Shown: positions 19,354 to 28,839 of the stretch, piece by piece
How positions within the stretch are numbered: the first letter of the stretch is position 1
Layout: every line of letters starts with the position of its first letter
Assembly: GCA_965232515.1 (NCBI GenBank)
Contig: CBDDPY010000002.1
Coordinates: forward strand, 1,056,001-1,120,000
DNA length: 64,000 nt
Direction: 5' to 3'
DNA from: Alphaproteobacteria bacterium
GTDB taxonomy: Bacteria; Pseudomonadota; Alphaproteobacteria; GCA-2731375
Position numbers and translations under genes: made by a program
Notes under the pieces: model-generated
What the model saw: only the letters and a program-made list of their open reading frames with translations
What the model was told of the DNA's origin: nothing
Database searches by the model: none

Positions 19354-19383
19354 CAAAATAAGGACGATCGTTCTATTTTGCAA
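19354..19383 (-). promoter_or_regulatory. Sigma70 promoter overlapped by TetR operator; probable leaderless tetR mRNA
   Basis: Minus strand TTGCAA-N17-TATTTT-6 nt-ATG; near-palindrome CAAAATAaggACGATCGTtcTATTTTG covers the spacer. Confidence 0.7.
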
Positions 19384-22300
19384 GTCGTTCGACGGCGAAT
19401 GGCGAGATATCGATGCTGCTTTGACCCGTCCGGATCAACTCGGCGATGATGCGGCCGAATAGGGGCCCCATGGTGTAGCCGTTGGCGCCGACGGCATTGA
19501 AGAAACCGGGATATCCCGGCATCTCGCCAATGACCGGCGCGCCGTCAATCATCACGCCCACAGCGGCCCAACTGCGGATGATGTTGAGACCGCCAACCGC
19601 CGGCAGCACCCGGCAGGCCGCCCATAGATTGCCTTCCAGGCTTTCCCGAAGCGTCTTGGGCCAACCCAGGACTGAATCGTAGTCGGCGAACCAGCCGCCG
19701 CCGATGATCAGGTTGCCGTTCGCCGCCTGCTTCATCGTCAGATGCCGTCCGGCGAGCGCCAGCAGCTGCTCGACCATGGGCGCGGCGGGCTCGGTCACGA
19801 TCATCTGCTGCGGCGCGCTTCTGACCGGCAGATCGATCCCTAAATGGGCCGCGATCTCAGCGCTCCAGCCGCCGGCCGCGTTGACCACCCGGTTGGCCCT
19901 AACGCGGCCGCGGCTAGTGCCAACATGATAGCGGCCGTCCTCATGGGTCAGCTCGCAAACTTCGGTCTGAGGACGAAATCGCGCGCCCGCTGCCAAAGCG
20001 GCGTCTAGCAGGGCGGGCGTCGCCAACAGCGGGTTGATCTTGCCTTCGCCGGGGCAGAGCGCACCGCCGACCATCCGCTCCGAGATCAGCGGCACCCGTG
20101 CGCGCAGCTCGGATTGCGACAGTAGTCCCGTCTCGATTCCATAGCGGCGTTCGACGGCCGCCTTTCGTTCCAGAAATGCGAGTCCTTCCGCGTCTTCCGC
20201 GACCATAAGCCCGCCGGTGATCTTCAGCTCGAAGTCGGCCGCCAGCTCGCGCTCGAGCGCCTGCCACTCGGCGATGCCGTCGCGCTGCAGCGGCAGGGTT
20301 CGGATCGCCGGCGAGGTGTCGTCGCCGGCGTTGAAATCGAACGACAGGAGCTGCAGATGCAGACTGCCCGCGTTGCCGCCCGATGCCTGACCGTTCGCCT
20401 GACCACGATCGACGATCAAGGTGTCGATGCCTTCTTTCGCCAGGCAATAGGCAGCACTGATCCCGATGACACCTGCGCCGATCACCAGGACATCGGTATC
20501 GGCAAAATCCTCTTCGGCCACCGATTTGCGTTCGATGGCCGATGGCACGGCGACCGGACGATAGCCGCCCCATTCCGGTTTCTCGGCCGCGAGCGCCGCC
20601 GATGGTATCGGCTTCAGCGGTCCTTTCGGCGCGGGCACATCGACAGCCGAGGTCGGCGCATCGGCCACCCCTTCGACCAGCGCCGCCAGCAGCGGCAGGC
20701 AATAACGTCCCTGACATCGGCCCATGCCAGCCCGGGTCATCCGTTTCAATGCACCCAGATCGGTCGCGCCTGCGGTCACCCTATCCTCGAGCATGCCCCG
20801 CGTCAGGTTCTCGCAACGGCAGAGGATCGTGTCCGCATCGGCGAAGGCAAGGGTTGTCGGCGACGCCGCGAACAGCGACCAGAGCGACCGCTGAAAAGCC
20901 AGATGCCGGTCGCGCAAGCGCCGTTCGTCGCGGTCGGAACCAGCCGGCCAGCCGAGTTCACCCAAAATCGCCTTGGCGGCAAGGCGACCCTCGGCGCGCG
21001 CGACCTGGGCCCCGTTCGTGACGCCGCCGTCGCCAGCCAGGAACAAGCCAGGCACACTGGTCCGGCCATCATCGTCCCGCCGTGGCGTCAACCAGTCCGA
21101 TCGCCGTTTGTCGAAAGCACAGCCCAGGAGCCGGGCGAGTTCATTGCTCGGCTGAAATCCATACCCGATGCAGACGGTATCGACGGCATAGCTCAGTCTT
21201 CGGTCATCGCGCGGCCGACCTGCGGCATCGATGCCGGCGAGCTCGGCTGATCGGACACGCTCGCCGCCGTCTGCACGGACGATATGGTGGCCGAAGTAAA
21301 GCGGTACGCCGTGCCGGCGGAGCGTTCGCAGATAGCTGAGCCCCTGGCGCATCAGTCCGGGCGCTCGCCGGAAGCCGTCGAACCCCGCGCGCCAGCGGCG
21401 TGGAAACGGATGCGGCGCGGCCTCCGCCACGGCGACCACGTCGACACCGCCGGCCAACAGCTCACAGGCAAGCTGCAGGTTGAGCGGGCCGTTGCCGGCG
21501 ATCAGAACCCGATCGCTCGGCCCAACGCGATAGGACCGCGCGAGGCTTTGTGCCGCACCCGTCGTCATGACGCCCGGCAACGTCCAGCCGGGAAACGGCA
21601 GGCCGAATTCATAAGCGCCGGTAGCCAGCAGCACGTATCGCGACCGGAAAACGCGCGACGCGCCGTCCTGCACGACACCGACCTCGAAGCCGTCGTCGGT
21701 GCACGCCGCGTTCCAGACCACGGCGCCCTGCAGGCGCTGCACCGACGGTCCGGCGGCCTGGTCGATGAGTGTCCGCCCGTCGGCATATTGCCGGTCGGCG
21801 CTATCGCCGCCGGCGGCGACATAAGACGACGCGAGTTGCTTGTAGAACTGGCCCCCAGGCGACGGCCGCTCGTCGACAAGGACGACCGCAACATCGGAAT
21901 CGCCCAGCAATGCGGCGGCCGCAAGCCCGGCCGGGCCGGCGCCAACGATCAGGACGTCGCAGTCTCCGTCGTCCAAATGCGACGCTGTTTTTTCCGGCAC
22001 GTCCGGCACGGCAGTGCGGTAGTCCTGCGTACCGACCCGCATGCCATCGCGCGCCTCCGTCAGGCAGGCGCGCTGGGCCGAGCCGCCGTCGATCGACACC
22101 ATGCAATCGAAACAGACGCCCATGCCGCAGAACAGGCCGCGGGGCCGGCCGTCGCGATCGCGCCGCAGTGTCAGCTTGCCCGCCGCCGTCATGGCCGCGG
22201 CGATCGACTCGCCGGCAAGCGCCGGCACATCCTCGCCGTCGACGGAGATCGTGATCGGCGCGCCGCGCTGACGGAAGCGGTCGCCCGTCAGACGGGGCAT
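19373..22300 (-). CDS. Fused 2Fe-2S + FAD/BFD + DAO-type flavoprotein (opine oxidase / HcnABC / D-hydroxyproline dehydrogenase family)
   Basis: N-terminal FCGMGVCFDC...AC (2Fe-2S); middle VGAGPAG...LATGAYE..PFPGWTLPGV and CRCE...RAGMGRCQGRYC; C-terminal IGAGVIG...ASGGNAG...GYTMGP DAO domain. Confidence 0.88.
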   Translation of the reverse strand: MPRLTGDRFRQRGAPITISVDGEDVPALAGESIAAAMTAAGKLTLRRDRDGRPRGLFCGMGVCFDCMVSIDGGSAQRACLTEARDGMRVGTQDYRTAVPDVPEKTASHLDDGDCDVLIVGAGPAGLAAAALLGDSDVAVVLVDERPSPGGQFYKQLASSYVAAGGDSADRQYADGRTLIDQAAGPSVQRLQGAVVWNAACTDDGFEVGVVQDGASRVFRSRYVLLATGAYEFGLPFPGWTLPGVMTTGAAQSLARSYRVGPSDRVLIAGNGPLNLQLACELLAGGVDVVAVAEAAPHPFPRRWRAGFDGFRRAPGLMRQGLSYLRTLRRHGVPLYFGHHIVRADGGERVRSAELAGIDAAGRPRDDRRLSYAVDTVCIGYGFQPSNELARLLGCAFDKRRSDWLTPRRDDDGRTSVPGLFLAGDGGVTNGAQVARAEGRLAAKAILGELGWPAGSDRDERRLRDRHLAFQRSLWSLFAASPTTLAFADADTILCRCENLTRGMLEDRVTAGATDLGALKRMTRAGMGRCQGRYCLPLLAALVEGVADAPTSAVDVPAPKGPLKPIPSAALAAEKPEWGGYRPVAVPSAIERKSVAEEDFADTDVLVIGAGVIGISAAYCLAKEGIDTLIVDRGQANGQASGGNAGSLHLQLLSFDFNAGDDTSPAIRTLPLQRDGIAEWQALERELAADFELKITGGLMVAEDAEGLAFLERKAAVERRYGIETGLLSQSELRARVPLISERMVGGALCPGEGKINPLLATPALLDAALAAGARFRPQTEVCELTHEDGRYHVGTSRGRVRANRVVNAAGGWSAEIAAHLGIDLPVRSAPQQMIVTEPAAPMVEQLLALAGRHLTMKQAANGNLIIGGGWFADYDSVLGWPKTLRESLEGNLWAACRVLPAVGGLNIIRSWAAVGVMIDGAPVIGEMPGYPGFFNAVGANGYTMGPLFGRIIAELIRTGQSSIDISPFAVERLAK

Positions 22301-22302
22301 GC

Positions 22303-23190
22303 TCAGGTAACCGTCAGGCTCAGCTCTCGCACCGTGCGCACCGCCCAATCCCGCTCGGCCGCGTTCGCGGGCAGCCGGGGCGGGCGGGGCGGCCCGACCG
22401 GCAGTCCCATTTCGGTGAGCGCCGCCTTGGTTGCCGTGACATAGCGATGCTGACCGACCAGTTCGATCACCGGCAAGATCTCGTGGTAGAGCGCGCGGGC
22501 GGCCGGCACGTCGGCCTTTTCCACGCACAGGCGGTAGAGGTCGGCGAAGGCGCGCGGCGCGACATTGGAGCCGACGGCCACCCAGCCCAGCGCGCCGTTC
22601 AAGAAGGATTCGTAGCCCATGATGCCGCCGAAGACGGTCATCCGGCCGTCGCTGAGGCGCAGAATGTCGCGCACCCGCGTCACGTCCATGGTCGATTCCT
22701 TGATGTAGGAAACGTTCTCGATCTCGGACAGGCGCGCGATCAGCGGCGGCCGCATGTCGACATTGGCCGTCGCCGGATTGTTGTAAAGCATGACCGGAAT
22801 GCCGATGGCGTCGGCGACTGTCTTGTAGTGGTGATACAGCTCGTCGTCGGTCGGCGTGCTGTAGAACGGCGGCACGATCATCACGCCGTCGGCGCCGAGG
22901 CGTTCGGCCTCTTGACTGTAGCGGACGACGTCGAGCGTGTTCTCTGCCGCGGTGCCGACGAAGACCGGCACGCGGCCGTCGGCCCGGCGGATCACGATCT
23001 CGGCCACCCGTCCGCGCTCGTCGTCGGTGAGCGACAGGAACTCGCCGGTGCTGCCGTTCGGCACCAGGCCATGGATACCCTCGTCGATCTGCCAGTCGAC
23101 CAATCGCTTCAGCGCGTCCTCGTTGACGGCGCCGCCATCGGCGTCGAAGGGCGTGATCATAACCGTGAATGTACCTTGATATATGCGCAT
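22303..23190 (-). CDS. Dihydrodipicolinate synthase family enzyme (LhpC-like deaminase/aldolase)
   Basis: ITPF, NGSTGEF, YNNP, Schiff-base YIKES. Confidence 0.88.
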   Translation of the reverse strand: MRIYQGTFTVMITPFDADGGAVNEDALKRLVDWQIDEGIHGLVPNGSTGEFLSLTDDERGRVAEIVIRRADGRVPVFVGTAAENTLDVVRYSQEAERLGADGVMIVPPFYSTPTDDELYHHYKTVADAIGIPVMLYNNPATANVDMRPPLIARLSEIENVSYIKESTMDVTRVRDILRLSDGRMTVFGGIMGYESFLNGALGWVAVGSNVAPRAFADLYRLCVEKADVPAARALYHEILPVIELVGQHRYVTATKAALTEMGLPVGPPRPPRLPANAAERDWAVRTVRELSLTVT

Positions 23191-23201
23191 GACCGGACTG
23201 T

Positions 23202-24479
23202 TCAGTTGATGAGGTTGCGGGGGAGGAACATGACGATGTCGGGCACGTAGGTCGCCAGCAATAGGCAAGCCAGCATGAACAGGAACGGCAGGCTGATCTT
23301 GGAGGCGACCTGCATGATGCTGCGGCCGGCGATGCTGCTGGCGACGAACAGCGTGATGCCGTAGGGCGGCGTGATCATGCCGATCGACAGGTTGATGACG
23401 ACGACGACGCCAAAATGCAGCGGATCGATGCCGAAGTCCCGGGCGATCGGCATCAGGACCGGCACCAGGATCAGGATCGCCGAGATGCTTTCCATGAACA
23501 TGCCGATGCAGATCAGCAGCAGATTGACCAGCGCCAGGAAGACCCAGGGATTGTCGGAGAGCGACTTGATCTGTGCGGCGATCGCGGCCGGCACGTTCTG
23601 GGACGAAATCAGCCAGGAAAACACACTGGCCGTGGCGATGATCATCATCACGGCGGCCGAGATCGCGGCGGCGCGCAGGATCAGATCCGGCAGTTCGGCA
23701 AACGTCAGCTCGCGGTAGACGAACAGCGCGATGACCAGGCCGGTGAAGACGGCGACCGACGCGGCCTCGGTCGGTGTGAACACGCCGCCGACGATGCCGC
23801 CGACGATGATCACCGGCATGACGAAGGCGGGACCGGCGCTGATGAAGGTGCCGACCAGGCGGCGAAACGTAAACGGCCGGGCGTCGCGATAGGCGTCGCC
23901 GCCGCGCCGGGCATGCAGATAGCTCGCCAGCATCAGGCCGACCATCATGATCAGGCCGGGCACGATGCCGCCCAGGAACATGCCGCCGACCGACAGATTA
24001 GAGATGGTCGCCAGCACCACCATCATGATGCTGGGCGGGATCACCGGCCCCAACGTGCCGGCGGCGGCCATAATCCCGGCCGCAAAATCGATGTCATAGC
24101 CGCGCTTCTTGACCTCGGGCAGCATGATCGAGGAGGTGGCCGCGGTATCGGCCGAGCCGGAACCGGAAATCGCGGCGAGCCCGGTGCCGGCGACGACGGC
24201 CACCATCAGCAGGCTGCCGGTGATCCAGCCGACAAGCGCGGTCGCGAAGTCGATGATGCGCTGGGCGATACCGCCCCGCTCCATGATCAGGCCGGCCAGC
24301 ACGAAGAACGGGATCGCCATGATCGTGAAGGAGTCGAGCCCCGCATAAATGCGCTGCGCGACGATGCTGATCGGCACGCCGCCGAGCTCAAGCGTCAGCG
24401 CCGCGGAGACACCGAGCGCGAAGACGATCGGGGTGCCGATCAGGATCAGAACGAGAAAGGCGATGATCGTGACCGTCAC
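23202..24479 (-). CDS. dctM: TRAP transporter large permease
   Basis: AIPFFVLAG.IM..GG, ISGSGSAD, IPPSI, FTPTEA, TPPYG; GTG overlaps the dctQ stop. Confidence 0.93.
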   Translation of the reverse strand: MTVTIIAFLVLILIGTPIVFALGVSAALTLELGGVPISIVAQRIYAGLDSFTIMAIPFFVLAGLIMERGGIAQRIIDFATALVGWITGSLLMVAVVAGTGLAAISGSGSADTAATSSIMLPEVKKRGYDIDFAAGIMAAAGTLGPVIPPSIMMVVLATISNLSVGGMFLGGIVPGLIMMVGLMLASYLHARRGGDAYRDARPFTFRRLVGTFISAGPAFVMPVIIVGGIVGGVFTPTEAASVAVFTGLVIALFVYRELTFAELPDLILRAAAISAAVMMIIATASVFSWLISSQNVPAAIAAQIKSLSDNPWVFLALVNLLLICIGMFMESISAILILVPVLMPIARDFGIDPLHFGVVVVINLSIGMITPPYGITLFVASSIAGRSIMQVASKISLPFLFMLACLLLATYVPDIVMFLPRNLIN

Positions 24480-25024
24480 GACGACGTCTCCACCGCCGGC
24501 GTGACCCGCGGCCGCGGATCGCGCCAGCGTCTGAGCAAGGCCAAGATCAGCTCGAAAGCAAAATAAGTCAGGCCGATCGGTAGCGACAGGTAGGGCAGCC
24601 ACATGGGAATGCCGAGGGCAGGCGAGGTCTGGATCTGGCCGATCCGGATCAACCCGAAGCTGCCGACGACGGCGCGCCAGAGGAACCACAGGCAAATCGC
24701 GCCGATCACCAGGGTCAGCAGGCGCAACATCGGGATCGGCAAGCGCTGGGCCAGTATGTCAACGCCGACATGCAGATTGCGCCGCATGGCGATGCCGGCG
24801 CCCAGCAGCACCATCCAGATCTGCGCGAAAGTCGCTGTCTCCGACGCCCAGCCGATCGAATAGTTGAAGACGTAGCGCCCCAAGACCTGGATCAGCACGG
24901 CGACCGCCATGTAGCCGTAGAACAGGATAACGGCCCAGGTGACAATGCCACGCAACGCGGCGGTCAGCGTTCCACAGATCCGGATAACGCTATCCAGCAT
25001 GCGTGGCGTCCGTTCCGTATCCAA
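24476..25024 (-). CDS. dctQ: TRAP transporter small permease
   Basis: QV.GRYVFN....W..E, H.GVD motif, four TM segments. Confidence 0.9.
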   Translation of the reverse strand: MDTERTPRMLDSVIRICGTLTAALRGIVTWAVILFYGYMAVAVLIQVLGRYVFNYSIGWASETATFAQIWMVLLGAGIAMRRNLHVGVDILAQRLPIPMLRLLTLVIGAICLWFLWRAVVGSFGLIRIGQIQTSPALGIPMWLPYLSLPIGLTYFAFELILALLRRWRDPRPRVTPAVETSS

Positions 25025-25095
25025 CCCGTCCGTATCAAAGCGACAGGGCGCGCCCGCCCCAGGGAGCGGACGGGCGCGCCAAACCGCCCACGCAG

Positions 25096-26064
25096 CTACT
25101 GCGTTGCGAGGATCATCTCCAGCAGCTTGCGGTCGGCATCTGTTTTGACGAAATCGTCATAGACTTTTTGTGACGCCTGCCGGAACGGACCGGGATCGGG
25201 ACGCGTGACCTTGACGCCCTTGTCCTTCAGCGACGCCAGCAGGCTGTTGTCGCTGTCTGCATAGGCCTTGCGCTCGACGGCGGCCGACGCCAGGCCGGCC
25301 TCGACCAGCACCTGCTGCACGTCGGCCGGCAGCGACTGGAACTTGGTCTCCGACATGATCAGATCGGCCACAAGCGCCGTCCAGCCGACCTGCGCCCAGT
25401 AGGGCGCCACCTCGTAGAACTTCTTCGAGTTGTAATTGGTGTTGGCGGCCTCGGCGCCGTCGACCAGGCCGGACTGCAACGCGCCGTACAGCTCGCTGTA
25501 GGCAAGCGGTGTGGCGTTCGCGCCGAATGCATTGAACGACGCCACATGGGCCGGCACCTGCATGGTGCGGATCTTCAGGCCTTCCAGGTCGTCATAGGAA
25601 TTGATCGGCTGGCTGCGGGTCATGATGTGCCGGATGCCGGCCTCGTAGAAGCCGAGCAGGCGGAAGCCCTTTTCCTGCATCGCCGCGTTCAGCTCCTGGC
25701 CGACTGGCCCGTCCATGACCTTGTACATGTGCGCGCGGTCGCGGAACAGGAACGGCAGATCAAAGATGCCGAGCTTGGGCACGAAGTTGGTGACCACGCC
25801 GTTCGACGGCACGGTGATGTCGAGCGTGCCGAGCAGCAAGCCCTCGATCATCTCCTTTTCGTTGCCGAGCTGGTTGTTGGGGAATATCTGAACCTCGACC
25901 TTGCCCCCGGTCTTTTCCTTGACGATACGGGCAAACTCCATCAGGCCGATATGATAGGGCTCGTCGGGATTTGCCGAGTGCCCCGCCTTCAACACGATCG
26001 TGTCGGCGGCCGCGGTCGCGACCATGGACAACGACAGCAACATACCCAGCAGCAATTTTTTCAT
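25096..26064 (-). CDS. dctP: TRAP transporter substrate-binding protein
   Basis: Signal peptide MKKLLLG..ATAAA, FPNNQLG.E, DLPFLF, GLKIR, ELYGALQSG.VDG.E. Confidence 0.93.
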   Translation of the reverse strand: MKKLLLGMLLSLSMVATAAADTIVLKAGHSANPDEPYHIGLMEFARIVKEKTGGKVEVQIFPNNQLGNEKEMIEGLLLGTLDITVPSNGVVTNFVPKLGIFDLPFLFRDRAHMYKVMDGPVGQELNAAMQEKGFRLLGFYEAGIRHIMTRSQPINSYDDLEGLKIRTMQVPAHVASFNAFGANATPLAYSELYGALQSGLVDGAEAANTNYNSKKFYEVAPYWAQVGWTALVADLIMSETKFQSLPADVQQVLVEAGLASAAVERKAYADSDNSLLASLKDKGVKVTRPDPGPFRQASQKVYDDFVKTDADRKLLEMILATQ

Positions 26065-26126
26065 TTTGGCCTCCATCCAGAAGTCGAGCGCCTCCTCAAC
26101 CCATTGCCGGATTGCACGGCAATTTT

Positions 26127-26147
26127 TGGTATACCACTTGTATACCA
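26127..26147. promoter_or_regulatory. Tandem GntR/FadR-type operator upstream of dctP
   Basis: TGGTATACCA (perfect palindrome) followed after 1 nt by TTGTATACCA; adjacent to the GntR gene. Confidence 0.75.
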
Positions 26148-26185
26148 TAGCCGTATCGATCTGGCTACGCCGCCGCCCGGCAGCC

Positions 26186-26842
26186 CTAAAGGTTGTCCAA
26201 AACCCCGGCCCGAACCTGTTCCAGATGCTTGGCCATGGCCTTCCGGGCGCGGGCCGGTTTGCCGCTTTCCAGCGCCGTCAGGATAGCCTCATGCTCGGCG
26301 ATCCCCGGACGCAAGCGCTGCGGCACGGTCTGGGATTCGAACAAACGGGTGATGTTGCGCAAGCTGCGGATAATGCGCGCCGCCACGGCATTGCCGCCGG
26401 CATCAGCGATGCCATTGTGCAGAGCGTCATCGAAGGCCCAGTGGGCCTCGTTCGTCGGCTTCGCGTCCGCCTTCAGCTTCTCGAGCATCCGCCGCAGCTC
26501 GGCCAAGAGCTCCGGCGCCAGGTTGCCGCTGGCCGCTTCGATGGCGTCGCATTCCAAAAGCTGCCGAACGCTCAGGGCCTGAAGATACTCCTCCAGCGTC
26601 ACCACCTTCACCGACAGCAGCCGCTCGGTCAGACGTACGAGCCAGCCCTCACCCTCCAGCCGAACCAGGGCTTCACGCGTCGGCGTTCGCGATATGCCGA
26701 GCGCATCGGCCAGCTTGCGCTCCTGGATAACCGTCCCGCCCGGTAGTTCGCGCGACAGGATCATTCTGAACACGGAATCGTAGGCGACCTCGGCGAGGCT
26801 GTTGCGCTCCTTCTGCTGCCCCTTTGTCGCCTGCCGCGTCAT
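26186..26842 (-). CDS. GntR family regulator (FCD domain)
   Basis: ERKLADALGISRTPTREAL..L..EG; FCD motifs D..LH, EH..I..A. Confidence 0.93.
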   Translation of the reverse strand: MTRQATKGQQKERNSLAEVAYDSVFRMILSRELPGGTVIQERKLADALGISRTPTREALVRLEGEGWLVRLTERLLSVKVVTLEEYLQALSVRQLLECDAIEAASGNLAPELLAELRRMLEKLKADAKPTNEAHWAFDDALHNGIADAGGNAVAARIIRSLRNITRLFESQTVPQRLRPGIAEHEAILTALESGKPARARKAMAKHLEQVRAGVLDNL

Positions 26843-26851
26843 CTCGCCGCC

Positions 26852-27796
26852 TTATTGGCCGCCCTCGCCGGCCGCATGCGGCTTCAGCACGGCGTAAATG
26901 ATCCGATTGATGGGCGTCGGCACGCCAAGCTCTTCGCCCAGCCGGCAGACCGTGCCAGCCACCCATTCGACCTCCAACGGCCGGCCGTGCTCAAGATCGA
27001 CCAGCATCGAGGCCTTCACGTCCGGCAGCCAACTGTCGAATTGCCGGAAGATGGTATCGACGATATCGGGCGCCAGGAAGACACCCTTGGCCCGGCCAAC
27101 GGCGGCGACCTCGTGCATGCAGTCGCTGGCGAGCCCTCGCAGGTGCGGCTGCCCGTAGACGACGCCGACCGGCTTGCGCGCAAGGCAGGTGAGGCCGGCA
27201 TTACAGGCGAACAGCACGAACTTGCTCCAAAGCACGCGCTCGATCCCGGGGCTGACCTGCACGCCCAGGCCGGCCTGTTCGCAGGCCCGCTCGAAACGTT
27301 CGACGCGTGGGCTGACCGCGCCATCGCGCTCGCCGAATATCATGGCCGGCCCGTCGCCTTCGGCATAGCGAATGACGCCGGGATCAATGCGCGTGCCGGA
27401 GACGTAGGTCACCCCTGGCACCACGTGTTCCGCACCGACGATCGCGCCCAGAAGGTCGGGCGCCTCGACGCCGTTCTGCAGCGTGATCACCATGGTGTCA
27501 TCACCGACCAGCGGACGTATGGCGTCCCCGGCCGCCTGCAGGTCATAGAGCTTGACGCAAAACAGGACCACATCGACCGGACCGACAGAGGCTGGGTCGT
27601 CCGTTGCCTGCGCGGGCTGCACCGACAGATCGCCCGACGGCCCGGTCAGCTTGAGACCATTCTGACGAATTTCGTCGAGGTGTTCGCCTCGGGCGATAAA
27701 GGTCACTTCCTCGCCAGATATCGCCAGCTTGCCGCCGTAGTAGCCGCCGACGCCGCCAGTCCCCATCACTGCAATTCTCATCTCGGAACGCCCCAT
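26852..27796 (-). CDS. Ketopantoate reductase family protein (PanE/ApbA)
   Basis: GTGGVGGYYG, VKLYD, LQNGV, W.KF, SML.DL..GRPLE. Confidence 0.88.
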   Translation of the reverse strand: MGRSEMRIAVMGTGGVGGYYGGKLAISGEEVTFIARGEHLDEIRQNGLKLTGPSGDLSVQPAQATDDPASVGPVDVVLFCVKLYDLQAAGDAIRPLVGDDTMVITLQNGVEAPDLLGAIVGAEHVVPGVTYVSGTRIDPGVIRYAEGDGPAMIFGERDGAVSPRVERFERACEQAGLGVQVSPGIERVLWSKFVLFACNAGLTCLARKPVGVVYGQPHLRGLASDCMHEVAAVGRAKGVFLAPDIVDTIFRQFDSWLPDVKASMLVDLEHGRPLEVEWVAGTVCRLGEELGVPTPINRIIYAVLKPHAAGEGGQ

Positions 27797-27881
27797 GCCG
27801 CCGAGACGCCAAACCTGACGTCATTTCGGCGCGGATACTAGCGCGATTCGTCCTAACGCCTGATTGCCGTTCGGCCCCTAT

Positions 27882-28823
27882 TCAGCTCTCCGGCGGCGGA
27901 ACAACGCCGGTGCGCTCGGTGATCAGGCCGTAGGCTTCGATGCGGCGGTGCTTGTCGAAGTTGAACACGGTGCGCTTGATGTAGTCGCCGAGATCGAGGT
28001 CGCAGTTGAAGACGATGACCTCGTCGTCCTCGGTCAGCGCCTGGGCGACAATCTCGCCGGTCGGCGCGACAATGCAGGAACCGCCATAGAGGCCGAACCC
28101 ATCCTCCTTGCCGGCCTTGGCCGTGCCGATCACCCACATGCCGTTCTGGTAGGCGGCCGCCTGCATCGACAGGCGATGGTGGAACATGCGCAGATGCAAC
28201 GGCTCGTCGTGATAAATGTTGGTGGTCGGCGTGTTGTAGCCCAGCACAACCATCTCGGCGCCCTGCAACGCCATGACCCGGAACGTCTCGGGCCAGCGCC
28301 GGTCATTGCAGATGCACATGCCGAGGACGCCGTCCATGGTTCGCCAGACCGGAAAACCGAGATTACCGACCTCGAAGTAGCGCTTCTCCAGATGCTGGAA
28401 GGGCGCGTCGGGCAGGTGGTCCACATGGCCGGGCAGGTGGACCTTGCGGTACTTCCCGACAATCCCGCCGTCCGGATCGACCAGGATGGACGTGTTGTAG
28501 CGGTGGGTCTCGCCATCTTCTTCTGCCAACTCGGCATAGCCGAGATAGAAGCCGACCCCCAGCCGCTTCGCCTCATCGAATAGCGGCTGGGTCTCGGGCC
28601 CGGGCATGCTGGCCTCGAAGAACCGGTCGACTTCGGCCTGGTCCGCCATCCAATAGCGCGGAAAGAAGGTGGTCAGCGCCAACTCGGTGAACACGACGAA
28701 CCGGCAGCCGGAGGCATGCGCCTCTCGCAACATCTCGATCAGGCGCTTGACGACGCTGGCGCGGTCATCGGCCAGATGGATGGGGCCCATCTGGGCAGCG
28801 GCGGTTTTCAGATAACGTGGCAT
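27882..28823 (-). CDS. N-carbamoyl-D-amino-acid amidohydrolase (D-carbamoylase)
   Basis: Nitrilase-fold triad in family-specific contexts: VFTELALTTFFPR, KYRKVHLPGH, QHLEKRYF, ICNDRRWPE, GYNTP. Confidence 0.92.
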   Translation of the reverse strand: MPRYLKTAAAQMGPIHLADDRASVVKRLIEMLREAHASGCRFVVFTELALTTFFPRYWMADQAEVDRFFEASMPGPETQPLFDEAKRLGVGFYLGYAELAEEDGETHRYNTSILVDPDGGIVGKYRKVHLPGHVDHLPDAPFQHLEKRYFEVGNLGFPVWRTMDGVLGMCICNDRRWPETFRVMALQGAEMVVLGYNTPTTNIYHDEPLHLRMFHHRLSMQAAAYQNGMWVIGTAKAGKEDGFGLYGGSCIVAPTGEIVAQALTEDDEVIVFNCDLDLGDYIKRTVFNFDKHRRIEAYGLITERTGVVPPPES

Positions 28824-28839
28824 GGAACGCTCCCCGCAA

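Noticed and set aside
19373-22300. Hydrogen cyanide synthase
   Set aside because: Same family, but the TRAP/DHDPS/GntR context points to catabolism.
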